A stretch of DNA of 64,000 nucleotides. It comes from Chrysiogenales bacterium. GTDB taxonomy: Bacteria; Acidobacteriota; Aminicenantia; UBA2199. Numbering within the stretch: position 1 is the stretch's first letter; every line of letters begins with the position of its first letter. Positions 31,050-41,036 of the stretch are shown in pieces. The position numbers were made by a program, and so were the translations under genes. Location: positions 65,695 to 129,694 of the forward strand of contig CAVOXU010000005.1 in NCBI GenBank assembly GCA_963700535.1. The letters run 5' to 3'. The notes beneath the pieces were generated by a model. It searched no databases. It saw nothing but the letters and a program-made list of their open reading frames with translations, and was not told where the DNA came from.

Positions 31050-32341
31050 ATGTCCGTTGACACAAAAGACATCTTTGCCATAGTCGAAAAGCAGAACCAA
31101 TGGCGAGGCAAGCAATGCATCAACCTGATCGCCAGCGAGAATACTCCCAGCCCGGCAGTACGTTCGATCCAGCTCAATGATTTTATGGGCCGTTACGCCG
31201 AAGGCCATCCCAACACCCCTGACAAGATCAACCGTTACTACCAGGGAACTCGATACATCGATGAAATTGAAACAATGGCCGCCAGGGAGATTCGGGAACT
31301 TTTTCAATGCGCCCAGGCCGAGGTCAGGCCTTACAGCGGCAACAACGCCAACACGGCCATCGCCATGGGCTACCTGCGCGGCGGTGACGCGGTGATCGCC
31401 AATTCTACCGACGCTGGCGGTCATATCAGCCACAATTTTTTCGGGATCATGGGCCGGCGCATCCAGACGCGCGGCCAGGTTCTGAAAGCCGGAAAGGCGA
31501 ATTCAGTTCCGTTGCATTTTTTCCCCTGACCGAGGACCATTACCATATTGATGTTCCCAAGACCGTTGAACTGATCGTCAAGGTAAAACCCAACCTGCTG
31601 ATCATGGGCAAGAGCCTCTACCTTTTTCCAGATCCGGTCAAGGAACTGGCCCCGCTTTGCCTTGAAATGCAAATCCCGATCTTATATGACGGAGCCCACG
31701 TACTCGGCCTGATCGCCGGCGGCCAGTTCCAAGATCCCCTGGCCGAAGGCGCCACCTGGCTGACCGGCAGCACCCACAAGACTTTTCCCGGCCCCCAGAG
31801 GGGTGTCATCCTGGGCAACCTGGACGCCGAAGGCGAAAAGAAATACTGGGGCGCGGCCGATCGCGGCGTGTTCCCGGGCACGTCCAGCAATCACCACCTG
31901 TACAGCCTGCCGGCCCTGCTGGTGGCTGTGCGCGAGATGAAGGTCCATGGCCGCGATTATGCCGCCCAGATATGCCGGAACGCCGTAGTCCTGGCCAAAG
32001 CGGTTGAGGCCAATGGTATCCAGGTGGAAGCCAAGGAGTTCGGTTACACCCGTTCGCACCAGATCGCGGTCAATGTTTCCTCCTTTGGAGGTGGCGTCAA
32101 GGCAGCGCTGGCCCTGGAAGCCAACGATATCATCTGCAATTACAATATGCTCCCCGGCGACGCTGATCCGATGAATCCTTCCGGTTTGCGCCTGGGCACC
32201 TCGGAAATGACCCGTTTCGGCATGAAGGAAAATGATTTCACTGCCCTGGGTGAATTGATAGCCGAAGCCATCAAAGGCAAGAAGGTCAAGGACAAGGTCA
32301 ACCAACTGCGCAAGCGCTTCACTGAAATGCAGTTTGTTTAG
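31050..32341 (+). CDS. glyA: serine hydroxymethyltransferase, archaeal-like sequence type (frame break near 31520)
   Basis: AGGAGG RBS plus the ATG at 31050. INLIASENTPSPAV, FMGRYAEG, GGHISH and THKTFPGPQRG (PLP lysine). It is split into ORFs 31020-31529 and 31604-32341. Confidence 0.85.
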
Positions 32342-32346
32342 GCTGT

Positions 32347-32372
32347 ACCTGCCCGGTGCCCGGCAGGTTTTT
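32347..32372 (+). terminator. intrinsic terminator after glyA
   Basis: A 7-bp stem ACCTGCC/GGCAGGT with an 8-nt loop, followed by TTTTT. Confidence 0.5.
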
Positions 32373-32422
32373 CGGCCTGTTTCCATTTACAGTGTCGTGG
32401 TTAAATGGTATAATTTTTCGCA

Positions 32423-33061
32423 ATGACTGATTTAAAGTACATCGCCGTAGAAGGATTGATCAAATCCGGAAAAACAAGGCTGGCCAGGATATTGGCCGAG
32501 GAATTCAAAGCCCGCTTGATCCTGGATAACCAGGGCAATCCATTTTTAAAGGAATTTTATGAGTCATTTTCGTCCAATTACAATCCATTGGCACTCAAAA
32601 CCCAATTGATATTCCTGATCAACCGCTTTAATCAGCAATTGGAGATGAAACAAAAGGACTTGTTCCAAAAAACCACTATTTCCAATTATATTTTCTACAA
32701 GGACGGCATCTACGCCCATACCGTGCTCAATGATGAGGACCTGGATATTTACAAGAAAATATTGAATATATTTGCCGAAAAGATATTTCCCTGCAACCTG
32801 GTCGTTTACCTGCAGACCTCTTTTGCGGAGATGATGCAGCGCATTTACAAATCCGGCAGCGAATTTGAAAAAAGGATGCCCAGTGAATACTGGCGTGAAA
32901 TTTTCGAAGCCTACAATTACTATTTTTTCAATTACAAGTTGTCGCCGTTGCTGGTGGTCAATGTCGAAAAAACGGATTTCAACAACCGCAAAGATATCGA
33001 CAGCCTGATCAATGAAATAAAAAATCACAAGAAAGGGATCAGTTACTATGCCCCAGCCTGA
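32423..33061 (+). CDS. deoxynucleoside kinase family protein
   Basis: P-loop VEGLIKSGKT, 212 aa, dNK-like length and layout. Confidence 0.65.
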   Translation: MTDLKYIAVEGLIKSGKTRLARILAEEFKARLILDNQGNPFLKEFYESFSSNYNPLALKTQLIFLINRFNQQLEMKQKDLFQKTTISNYIFYKDGIYAHTVLNDEDLDIYKKILNIFAEKIFPCNLVVYLQTSFAEMMQRIYKSGSEFEKRMPSEYWREIFEAYNYYFFNYKLSPLLVVNVEKTDFNNRKDIDSLINEIKNHKKGISYYAPA

Positions 33062-33893
33062 CCTGGAAAAAAAGACAGTACTGACCTTAAGTCAAAAAAA
33101 GGCCCGCGGGGAAAAGATCACGGCCGTGACCGCCTACGATTTTCCCACCGCCAGCTTGGCTTCCTTGGCTGGTATCGATCTCATTCTGGTCGGTGATTCG
33201 CTGGGCATGGTGCTCCAGGGCCACGAAAATACCCTGAAAGTGACCATGGACGAAATGGTCTACCATACCTCAATGGTGGCCCGCGCCCGACCGCGCTCGC
33301 TGGTGGTTAGCGACATGCCCTACCAGTCGTTTCATGTCAACCCGGAAAAGAGCTTGGAAAATGCCTTACGCTGCGTCAAGGAAGGGGGTGCCGAGGCGGT
33401 CAAGCTGGAAGGAGGGCGCAAAAGGTTCAAGGTGATTGAAGCAATGCTGAATGCCGAGATCCCGGTCCTGGCCCACCTTGGTTTGACTCCGCAATCGGTG
33501 CATCAATTGGGCGGATTCAAGGTCCAGGGCAAACTGCAGGAAAAAGCGCGCGAAATATTCCTGGACGCCTTGGCCCTGGAAAAGTTAGGCGTGTTCGCCA
33601 TTGTGCTGGAATCCATTCCCCAGGAGTTGGCCCGGAAAATAACAGAAAGTGTGAGCATCCCCACTATCGGCATCGGTGCCGGCCGCTTCTGTGACGGCCA
33701 GGTGCTGGTTTTTCCCGATCTGGTCGGTTTCACCAATATAGCTCTGCCCAAATTTGTGCGCCAATACGCCGATACGCACGCCTTATGGCTGCAAGCATTA
33801 CAGAAATACATCAGCGATGTGCAAAACGGTGATTTTCCCAATGAAGAGGAAAGCTATCACCTGAAACGTGATATCGAAGAATTCCTCAAATGA
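33048..33893 (+). CDS. panB: 3-methyl-2-oxobutanoate hydroxymethyltransferase
   Basis: VTAYDFPTA, LILVGDSLGMV and VKLEGG. Confidence 0.9.
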   Translation: MPQPDLEKKTVLTLSQKKARGEKITAVTAYDFPTASLASLAGIDLILVGDSLGMVLQGHENTLKVTMDEMVYHTSMVARARPRSLVVSDMPYQSFHVNPEKSLENALRCVKEGGAEAVKLEGGRKRFKVIEAMLNAEIPVLAHLGLTPQSVHQLGGFKVQGKLQEKAREIFLDALALEKLGVFAIVLESIPQELARKITESVSIPTIGIGAGRFCDGQVLVFPDLVGFTNIALPKFVRQYADTHALWLQALQKYISDVQNGDFPNEEESYHLKRDIEEFLK

Positions 33894-34741
33894 AGATCTG
33901 CCGGTCCATACAAAGCCTGCAAGCTGAACTACCGGCTCAAGCCGGAAAAACCACAGGTTTGGTCCCGACCATGGGGTTCCTGCACCAGGGACATCTCAGC
34001 CTGGTGCGGCGCTGCCGTGAAGAAAACGATCTGACCGTGGTATCCATTTACGTCAATCCCGCCCAATTCGGTCCGGCTGAAGATCTGCAACAATACCCGC
34101 GCGACCCGGAAAAGGACATTGCTTTGCTGGAAAAGGAGAATACAGACATCCTGTTCATGCCGGAAAATGATGAAATGTACCCTCAGCCGTACCGCACCTA
34201 TATCAATGTCGCAGGCCTTGATAAAATGCTTTGCGGCCAAACACGCCCCGGTCATTTCCGGGGCGTGGCCACGGTGGTGCTGAAACTGTTTAATCTGGTT
34301 TGTCCGGCTCGGGCCTATTTCGGCCAGAAAGACGCCCAGCAGGCAATTGTCATTCGGCAAATGGTCCGCGATCTGAATCTGCCGGTGCAGATCAGGATCA
34401 TGGCCATCGTGCGCGATAGCGACGGCCTGGCACTCTCTTCGCGCAATGAGTACCTTTCCCCGGCTGAACGGCAAGCGGCATTGTCCCTGCCCAGGTCCCT
34501 GCAAAAAGCCGCCGTCCTGATCAGCAGCGGCGTGGAGGAGAGCCAGGTCATCCTTGAATCCATGCAGAAAGAACTGAATCGCGACCCGCTGCTTGCGACT
34601 GAATATATCTCTATTGTCAATCTGCAGGACCTGCAGGAGATCCCGGTTATCGAAGCAGGCAACACCCTGATCGCCGCTGCTGTCCGCGCCGGCCGGACCC
34701 GGCTTATCGACAATTTAATTTTAGGAGATTTATCATGCTGA
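33890..34741 (+). CDS. panC: pantoate--beta-alanine ligase
   Basis: VPTMGFLHQGHLSLV and FGQKDAQQ. Confidence 0.9.
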   Translation: MKICRSIQSLQAELPAQAGKTTGLVPTMGFLHQGHLSLVRRCREENDLTVVSIYVNPAQFGPAEDLQQYPRDPEKDIALLEKENTDILFMPENDEMYPQPYRTYINVAGLDKMLCGQTRPGHFRGVATVVLKLFNLVCPARAYFGQKDAQQAIVIRQMVRDLNLPVQIRIMAIVRDSDGLALSSRNEYLSPAERQAALSLPRSLQKAAVLISSGVEESQVILESMQKELNRDPLLATEYISIVNLQDLQEIPVIEAGNTLIAAAVRAGRTRLIDNLILGDLSC

Positions 34742-35103
34742 TCCCGTTTTTGACTGCAAAAATTCACCGGGCCACCGTCACCGGTTGCGATATCAATTAC
34801 GAAGGCAGCATTTCCATCGACGAAGAGATCATGGAAAAAGCTGGCTTGCGCGTATTTCAAAAAGTCGATGTCTACAACATCAACAACGGGGCGCGTTTTT
34901 CCACTTATGTGATCCCCTGGCCGCGAGCTTCCCGGGGCATTGTGGTTAACGGCGCTGCCGCCCGCCTGGTGCAGCCGAGCGACATGGTCATCATCGCCGC
35001 CTATGCGCTGCTTGACGAGAAGGAACTGAATTCACTGAACGCCGTGATCGTCAATATGACGGCCGGCAATGTAATAGAAAAAATCACCAACATCAAACTG
35101 TAA
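34735..35103 (+). CDS. panD: aspartate 1-decarboxylase
   Basis: KIHRATVT...NYEGSISID (Gly-Ser self-cleavage site). Confidence 0.9.
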   Translation: MLIPFLTAKIHRATVTGCDINYEGSISIDEEIMEKAGLRVFQKVDVYNINNGARFSTYVIPWPRASRGIVVNGAAARLVQPSDMVIIAAYALLDEKELNSLNAVIVNMTAGNVIEKITNIKL

Positions 35104-35139
35104 AAAGCGCCCGCACATTATGCGTGGCAAGGAACGGTC

Positions 35140-36123
35140 ATGAAAAAAGTACTTGGCTTGGGCAATGCCCTGGTTGACATTCTGGTCAAGATCGCCGATG
35201 AACGGCTGCTGGATTCCCTGCAGCTTCCCAAGAGCTGCATGACCCTGGTCGAGGAATCCCAGGTCAATGCCATTTTGGCCAAGATCACCCATCTGCAGAA
35301 GCAGGAAACTTGCGGCGGTTCGGCGGCCAACACCATAAGCGGACTGGCACGCCTCGGCATTCAGACCGGCTATATCGGCAAGATCGGTCACGACGCCTAC
35401 GGAACTTTTTTTGACGGGGAAATGAAGACATATGGTGTGGCCACGCGCATGTTTTACGGCCGCGGCCAGACCGGGAGAGCGTTGGGTTTCATCACTCCAG
35501 ATTCGGAGCGCACGTTCGCTACGTTTCTGGGCGCGGCGGTGGAATTGGAAGGCTCTGACCTGAATGGGCCATTGTTCGATGGATATGATGTTTTTCATAT
35601 CGAGGGCTACATGGTGCAGAACCACCAGCTATTTGAAACGGCGATCCGGCTGGCCAAGGAGGCCGGGTTGGAAGTGTCGCTCGACCTGGCCAGCCACAAT
35701 GTGGTCCGTGAAAACATCGGCTTTCTGCAGGATATGGTAGCCAGGTACGTGGACATCGTGTTCGCCAATGAAGACGAATCCATGGCCTTCAGCGGGGAAA
35801 AATCGCCAAGCGATGCCCTGGTGACAATATCGCCACAATGCCGCATTGCGGTGGTCAAGCTGGGAAAGAACGGCTCCCTGGTCAAGCGTCAGGATGAGCG
35901 GCACGAGATCGGCTGCATTCCGGCCCGGGCAGTCGATACCACCGGCGCCGGCGATCTTTATGCAGCCGGTTTTCTTTATGGCCTGATCCGGGATTATTCG
36001 CTGGCGATCTGCGGCCGTATCGGCTCGCTGCTCTCGGGCAAAGTGGTGGAAGTGGTCGGCGCCAAGCTGGACGAGCAAAAGTGGCAGGAGGTCGAAGCCG
36101 CCCTGCCCGGGCTCATCTCCTGA
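35140..36123 (+). CDS. PfkB-family sugar/nucleoside kinase (adenosine-kinase-like)
   Basis: GLGNALVDI N-terminus and the C-terminal DTTGAGDLYAAGFLYG motif. Confidence 0.75.
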   Translation: MKKVLGLGNALVDILVKIADERLLDSLQLPKSCMTLVEESQVNAILAKITHLQKQETCGGSAANTISGLARLGIQTGYIGKIGHDAYGTFFDGEMKTYGVATRMFYGRGQTGRALGFITPDSERTFATFLGAAVELEGSDLNGPLFDGYDVFHIEGYMVQNHQLFETAIRLAKEAGLEVSLDLASHNVVRENIGFLQDMVARYVDIVFANEDESMAFSGEKSPSDALVTISPQCRIAVVKLGKNGSLVKRQDERHEIGCIPARAVDTTGAGDLYAAGFLYGLIRDYSLAICGRIGSLLSGKVVEVVGAKLDEQKWQEVEAALPGLIS

Positions 36124-36147
36124 TAATTGTTGCGCGGGTGAAGTGAA

Positions 36148-36588
36148 ATGAAAAACAAGAGTGAATCGGCTGTGGAGATGATGATTGCTGGCTACAACTG
36201 CGCGCAGTCGGTATTAAGTGCGTTCTGCGAAGATTTAAATTTCGACAAGGATATGGCCCTGAAGCTGGCCACCGGTTTCGGAGCCGGTATGGCCCGCAAA
36301 CAGGAGATCTGCGGAGCGGTGACCGGGGCTATTATGGTCATCTCCCTGAAATTCGGCCGCGGCCTTGCCGATGAAAAAGCGGTTGCTGAAAACACCTATC
36401 TCCTGGTCGGAGAATTCATGGAGCGCTTCACCGACAAGTACGGTTCCTGCCTGTGCCGGGTGCTGCTGGACGGCTGTGATCTGCAAAGCGAAAGCGGCCG
36501 GAAATTTTTCAAGGACAATGATTTGTGCGAAAAGATATGTCGTCCCTGCGTGGCCGATGCTGTTGGCTTTCTTGAAGACCTTCTGTGA
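36148..36588 (+). CDS. C_GCAxxG_C_C family protein
   Basis: GYNCAQSVLSAF, ICGAVTGA and Cys-rich C-terminus CLCRVLL...CEKICRPC. Confidence 0.7.
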   Translation: MKNKSESAVEMMIAGYNCAQSVLSAFCEDLNFDKDMALKLATGFGAGMARKQEICGAVTGAIMVISLKFGRGLADEKAVAENTYLLVGEFMERFTDKYGSCLCRVLLDGCDLQSESGRKFFKDNDLCEKICRPCVADAVGFLEDLL

Positions 36589-36636
36589 GAGCTGGAAGCA
36601 AGCGCGGCCAGGCATGACGCTGAAGGGAGCAATTCC

Positions 36637-37194
36637 ATGAACTATATCGTCATCCCCGAAGGCCTTGCCGGGGACGCCCACGGACGTCCTTTGCCGGCGC
36701 CCAGTTTCGTGTATCGCCAGGTCCTGGATTACATTTTAAGCATCTATCGCGCCGGCGACATGATATACTTGGCCCCAGCAAACACCTATAACGGGAAAAC
36801 GGAGCACCAGCTTGCTTTTCAATATTTAATATCAAAAAATGCGGATTGCTGCATTTCCTTCCCGGCACGCATTTATGAAAAATACGTCGATACACGCGAC
36901 AATGCCAGGCACTTGAAAGCTTTTTTGGGGAAGGCGTATCGGGAGCTCTCTTTCGACCTGGTTTGCGCCGCTTTGCACTCCTACCGGGCCGAGTATTGCT
37001 TTAAAAATGAAGGCTACTGTCTGGGGAAGGTCCATCGGGTCCCCTACAAGGTTACCGGCGAGGGCATAGCCAGCCGTTGGTGGTACTATAAATTCAGTCC
37101 GCTGCACTTCATTTATGAGACCCTGGCCTTCTGCCGCGACCTGTTCATGGGATTCCTGGCCAAGTTGCAGACGCGGAAAGTTGCGGTACCATAG
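36637..37194 (+). CDS. DUF218 (YdcF/ElyC/SanA-like) protein
   Basis: 185 aa with a DTRDNA motif typical of the DUF218 fold. Assignment is tentative. Confidence 0.4.
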   Translation: MNYIVIPEGLAGDAHGRPLPAPSFVYRQVLDYILSIYRAGDMIYLAPANTYNGKTEHQLAFQYLISKNADCCISFPARIYEKYVDTRDNARHLKAFLGKAYRELSFDLVCAALHSYRAEYCFKNEGYCLGKVHRVPYKVTGEGIASRWWYYKFSPLHFIYETLAFCRDLFMGFLAKLQTRKVAVP

Positions 37195-37211
37195 ATTCAA
37201 AGGCAAAAATG

Positions 37212-37245
37212 AAAAGGCGGGGACAAGGGTCCCCGCCTTTTTTTT
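37212..37245. terminator. bidirectional intrinsic terminator
   Basis: AAAA, then GGCGGGGA (37216-37223), loop CAAGGG, TCCCCGCC (37230-37237), then T8. It lies between convergent genes. Confidence 0.8.
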
Positions 37246-37262
37246 ATGGATGAAAAAACTCG

Positions 37263-39353
37263 TTACTCGCCGAGTATTTCCTTGACCAGTTTTTCGGCTC
37301 CGTAGATCTTTTTCATTGCTTCGATTATGGCCGCGCTGTGCACGGAAACGGTGCGGTTGGCGGTATCATCGTAGAAAAAGCGCCCAATGAAGCTTTCAAT
37401 GTTGCCGTCGAAGACCAGTCCGACCACTTCGCCGGAGCGGTTAATGACCGGCGAGCCTGAATTGCCGCCGATGATGTCGCCGGTGCAGACGAAGTTCAGC
37501 GGCGTGGAGAGGTCCAGCTTGTCCCGGGCCTCGGCGACACGCTGGGGGAGCTGGAAGGGGAACTTGTTATCAAAGCTGGCGGCCCGGTCATAAAGGCCGT
37601 AAAAAGTGGTCTTGGAGGGGGCGATGGTGCCGTTCATGGCATAGCCCTTGACCGTGCCGTAGGAGAGCCTAAGGGTGAAGGTGGCGTCCGGGTAGGCGTT
37701 CTTGCCGTACACGGCGAACAACGCCTGGCCGATCTTTTCCCCGGCCGGCCGGGTGATGCTTTCGATGTTGTCTTCCTGCCATTTCTTCAATTCGCGCACC
37801 ATGGGATCGAGTGTGCGGGCCAGGACGATGAAGCTGTCGGTGCAGTTCTTCACTGCCGCCTCTCCGCCTTCGACCAGTTTCCTTCTGAAAGCCGGGTCGG
37901 CGAGTTTGCTGCCGGAAACAAGCGCCTTGGCCGTTTCCTCGGGCGTCTTGCCGCCCAGGGCTGCCTGGACGAAAGGGTCTTCGGGCCCGAGTTCATCAAG
38001 CTGCATCTTGAGGGAGTTGATGATCATCGCCTCTTCCAGGCCCGGGTAGATGGGGGCACGGGAAAACAGGCGGAAGCGCAGCGATTCGAGCTCTGAATCA
38101 TGGAAACCTTCCAGCCGCTTGCCGTCCGGCTTCCTGATTTCGGTTACGTACTGAACGATCTGCTGGGCGATTGAGCCCAGACGCAGTCCGGGGATGCGGC
38201 GATAGTACAGCTCTTTCATACGCGGTTTTTGTTTCTCAATGGCTGCGGAAATCTGCTCCCAGGCGTCGGCGTAGGCGCTTTTCAACTTGGGATCGGCTTC
38301 GACCAATTTGCGGAACTCTGCTTCGTTGGCCGCTTTCTTTTTCATAATTTCCGGGGCTTGCAAGCCGTCATACTCGCCGCTTGAAACCTTGATCCCGTTT
38401 TCGATGCCGAAGATCATGCCCGCGGCCTGGCGGGCCTGTTCCGGGCCCTGGGACGCGTATTCTTTTGCTGTTTCCAGCAGGCGCTTATAATAATTGAGGC
38501 GCATGGGATATGAGTAATCACGCTGGAACTGGATCTGGGCCAGGGTCAGCAGGCGGTTGGTCGAACCGGGGTGGCCGGAAATGAAAACCAATTCACCGTC
38601 GGCAGCACCTTTGTCACTCCACTTCAAATAATGGCTGACAACGGCCGGCTTGCCTTTTTCATAGGCGCGGAAGAGCGCCATGTCAAGATCGTGGCGCGGG
38701 AAGGTGAAATTGTCGGGATCGCCGCCGTAGAATGCCGCCTGTTGTTCCGGGGCAAAAACAAGCTTGACATCGGTATATTTCTTGTAGCGGTAGAGCCAGT
38801 ATTCCCCGCCATTGTAAAGTTTGACCACATCGGAGCGCAGGCCGGTCTTTTTTAGACTTTGGCGTTCAATGGCGGCAATGGCGGCTTTGCGGGCCTCCAG
38901 TGCCTTATTGGCAGCCATTCCAGGCTTGACAGCGGCCATGACCCGGGCAGTTACGTTGGTCATGGAGATCAGGACATTGAGCTCCAGGTCGGGGCAGGGG
39001 AGTTCTTCAGCAGCCGTGGCGGCGTAGAAGCCGTCATTGACGTAGTTCTTTTGCGGGGTCGATACTTTTTGCAGCTGGCCAAGGGCCACATGGTGATTGG
39101 TCAGCACCAGGCCGTTGGGGCTGACAAAGGAGCCCGAACCGCCGTCGCCCACCCGCACCGAAGCCAGGCGGATGTGTTCGAGCCAGGCCGGAGTGGGCTC
39201 AAAGCCATATTTTTCCTTGAGCTGTTTCATGGGCATGTTGTCCAGGGTCCACATGCCCTCGTCGGCGGCGAGCGGACTTGCCAGCAAAAACATGATCATC
39301 AGGACTGCCATGTATAAGCCGATCGGCAGCCATTTTTTTTGGTTTTTTTTCAC
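37263..39353 (-). CDS. S46-family dipeptidyl-peptidase (DPP7/DPP11-like)
   Basis: GTG at 39353 is preceded by AAGGAGG. A signal peptide is followed by DEGMW. Catalytic contexts are LTNHHVA and GGNSGSPVI. The ORF-track start at 39407 is less likely. Confidence 0.85.
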   Translation of the reverse strand: MKKNQKKWLPIGLYMAVLMIMFLLASPLAADEGMWTLDNMPMKQLKEKYGFEPTPAWLEHIRLASVRVGDGGSGSFVSPNGLVLTNHHVALGQLQKVSTPQKNYVNDGFYAATAAEELPCPDLELNVLISMTNVTARVMAAVKPGMAANKALEARKAAIAAIERQSLKKTGLRSDVVKLYNGGEYWLYRYKKYTDVKLVFAPEQQAAFYGGDPDNFTFPRHDLDMALFRAYEKGKPAVVSHYLKWSDKGAADGELVFISGHPGSTNRLLTLAQIQFQRDYSYPMRLNYYKRLLETAKEYASQGPEQARQAAGMIFGIENGIKVSSGEYDGLQAPEIMKKKAANEAEFRKLVEADPKLKSAYADAWEQISAAIEKQKPRMKELYYRRIPGLRLGSIAQQIVQYVTEIRKPDGKRLEGFHDSELESLRFRLFSRAPIYPGLEEAMIINSLKMQLDELGPEDPFVQAALGGKTPEETAKALVSGSKLADPAFRRKLVEGGEAAVKNCTDSFIVLARTLDPMVRELKKWQEDNIESITRPAGEKIGQALFAVYGKNAYPDATFTLRLSYGTVKGYAMNGTIAPSKTTFYGLYDRAASFDNKFPFQLPQRVAEARDKLDLSTPLNFVCTGDIIGGNSGSPVINRSGEVVGLVFDGNIESFIGRFFYDDTANRTVSVHSAAIIEAMKKIYGAEKLVKEILGE

Positions 39354-39602
39354 TAGAAACCTCCTTTGCTTAGATTGCTGATACGGAAAAACCGCATAAA
39401 AGTTCAAAAAAATGAATCATGGCTTTTTTATACTCTGTTCGCTTGATTTTTTCATCTCTTTTTCCTATTTTATGCCAATTTTACTAAAATTTAAAATGTG
39501 AACTCTTTTTTTTGACTTTGGCCTTTTGCATTGATCTCAACCTCTCTGCCTCCAGCCCACCGTCATTTGTCTTTAATCCGGTGCCCATGACTTTCCCTGT
39601 GA

Positions 39603-39632
39603 TTGACAGGCACCCGCTTTAAATGATATAGT
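39603..39632 (+). promoter_or_regulatory. candidate promoter for tRNA-Ala
   Basis: TTGACA (39603-39608), an 18-nt spacer ending in TG, then TATAGT (39627-39632). The tRNA begins 22 nt downstream. Confidence 0.5.
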
Positions 39633-39653
39633 GCGGTTCTGCGACCTGGATCC

Positions 39654-39724
39654 GGGGCCATGGTTTAATGGGAGAACGCGACCTTCGCAAGGTTGAGATG
39701 GCGGTTCGATTCCGCCTGGCTCCA
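39654..39724 (+). tRNA. tRNA-Ala (anticodon CGC), CCA not encoded
   Basis: Manual cloverleaf. Acceptor GGGGCCA/TGGCTCC has the G3:U70 Ala identity pair. D arm is GTTT-AATGGGA-GAAC. Anticodon arm is CGACC-TTCGCAA-GGTTG. T arm is GGCGG-TTCGATT-CCGCC. Confidence 0.85.
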
Positions 39725-39761
39725 TAGTTCGAAGCAAACGAAGCCACCCGTTTATGGGTAG

Positions 39762-39785
39762 ATGAGTTAATGAGTTGATGAGTTA
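39762..39785 (+). repeat. tandem octamer (ATGAGTTR)x3
   Basis: ATGAGTTA ATGAGTTG ATGAGTTA, read directly. Confidence 0.8.
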
Positions 39786-39876
39786 GAAAAAAACGATTCT
39801 TTTTGCAGTTCGTTTTTCGAAACTTAATCTTTAACTTTGATATCCTTCAATCTCTTAACCTTAATTAATTTTCTTT

Positions 39877-39911
39877 CCCGTACGCCGTAAACCGTACGCC
39901 GTATGCCGATT
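39877..39911 (+). repeat. heptanucleotide array (CCGTANN)x5
   Basis: CCGTACG CCGTAAA CCGTACG CCGTATG CCGATTT. It ends 11 nt from the tatC stop codon. Confidence 0.8.
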
Positions 39912-39922
39912 TCTTCGCTCAG

Positions 39923-40657
39923 CTACCCTTCAACTTCTTCTTTCTTTCCCGGGTTCACCAGCCTGGCGATAAGGATGCTCAGCAGATAAAGCAAGATCAT
40001 GGGCACGGCGAACATTGTCTGGGTGACCATGTCCGGGGTGGGGGTGATGACCGCGGCCAGGATGAATATCGCCACCACAGCGTACTTGAAATAGCGGATC
40101 AGCAAGCGGGCGCTGACGATGCGCAGCTTGGCCAGCAGGAAGACCAGCACCGGAAGCTCAAAGATCGCCGCGATGCCGAAAAGGACCCTGAAGGCCAGGG
40201 AAAAATATTCATTGATGGTGATGATGGCCGTGAAGTCCTTGCCGATGTTCAGGAAAAATTTGCAGGCCAGGGGGAAAACAACGAAATAGCCGAAAGCGCC
40301 GCCCAGGAGGAAGAAGAAAGTCGTGAAAATGACAAAGGGCAGCACCCATTTTTTTTCCTTGGCGAACAGGGCCGGGGATATGAACAGCCACAGTTGGTGG
40401 AAAATGAAAGGCGAGGCCGCGAACAGGGAGAAGATGAAAGCCACTTTTATATACATCATGAAAGGTTCGGCCAGGGCGGTGTAGGCCAGCTTCTTTTCGC
40501 CCGTGGGCAGAACCGGAAGGTATTTCAGAACCGGCAGCGACAGCCAGTAATACAGTTTGTCGACGAAGCGCCAGGAGGCGATGAAAAACACCAGGATGAA
40601 GGCGAAGGAATAGATTATGCGCTTGCGCAGTTCACCCAGATGCTCGAAAAAGGACAT
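39923..40657 (-). CDS. tatC: twin-arginine translocase subunit TatC
   Basis: MSFFEHLGELRKRI start 1 nt after the tatA stop. Six-TM TatC pattern. The ORF-track start at 40741 overlaps tatA and is unlikely. Confidence 0.85.
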   Translation of the reverse strand: MSFFEHLGELRKRIIYSFAFILVFFIASWRFVDKLYYWLSLPVLKYLPVLPTGEKKLAYTALAEPFMMYIKVAFIFSLFAASPFIFHQLWLFISPALFAKEKKWVLPFVIFTTFFFLLGGAFGYFVVFPLACKFFLNIGKDFTAIITINEYFSLAFRVLFGIAAIFELPVLVFLLAKLRIVSARLLIRYFKYAVVAIFILAAVITPTPDMVTQTMFAVPMILLYLLSILIARLVNPGKKEEVEG

Positions 40658-40658
40658 C

Positions 40659-41036
40659 TCATTCGCTCTTTTCATCGTCCTTGCCCTTTTCAACATCTTT
40701 GTTTTTATTCTTTGCGACGCCGGGTTTTTCGTCAGGTCCATTAATGTTCAGGGAGTCCTTGATGTCCTTGCCGAAGTCCTTCACGGACTTGTCCATATCG
40801 CCATAAATATTCAAGGCTTCCTTGACATCCTTGCCGATGTCTTTCAACTGCGAGGTCATGCCTTCCTTGTAGATCTCGTCTTCGATAGCCGCTTTCGCCT
40901 CATCGACAGTCGAGCGGAATTCACGGATGGTCTTGCCCAGCAGTTTGGCGAATTCAGGAAGTTTTTTGGGGCCGAAAACCAGCAGTACCACGATAAAAAT
41001 AAGCAGCAATTCTGGAAAGCCTATGGATCCGAACAT
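40659..41036 (-). CDS. tatA: twin-arginine translocase TatA/E-family protein with repeat-containing tail
   Basis: MFGSIGFPELLLIFIVVLLVFGPKKLPE. The tail carries two 21-aa repeats (LKDIGKDVKEALNIYGDMDKS and VKDFGKDIKDSLNINGPDEKP). Confidence 0.85.
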   Translation of the reverse strand: MFGSIGFPELLLIFIVVLLVFGPKKLPEFAKLLGKTIREFRSTVDEAKAAIEDEIYKEGMTSQLKDIGKDVKEALNIYGDMDKSVKDFGKDIKDSLNINGPDEKPGVAKNKNKDVEKGKDDEKSE

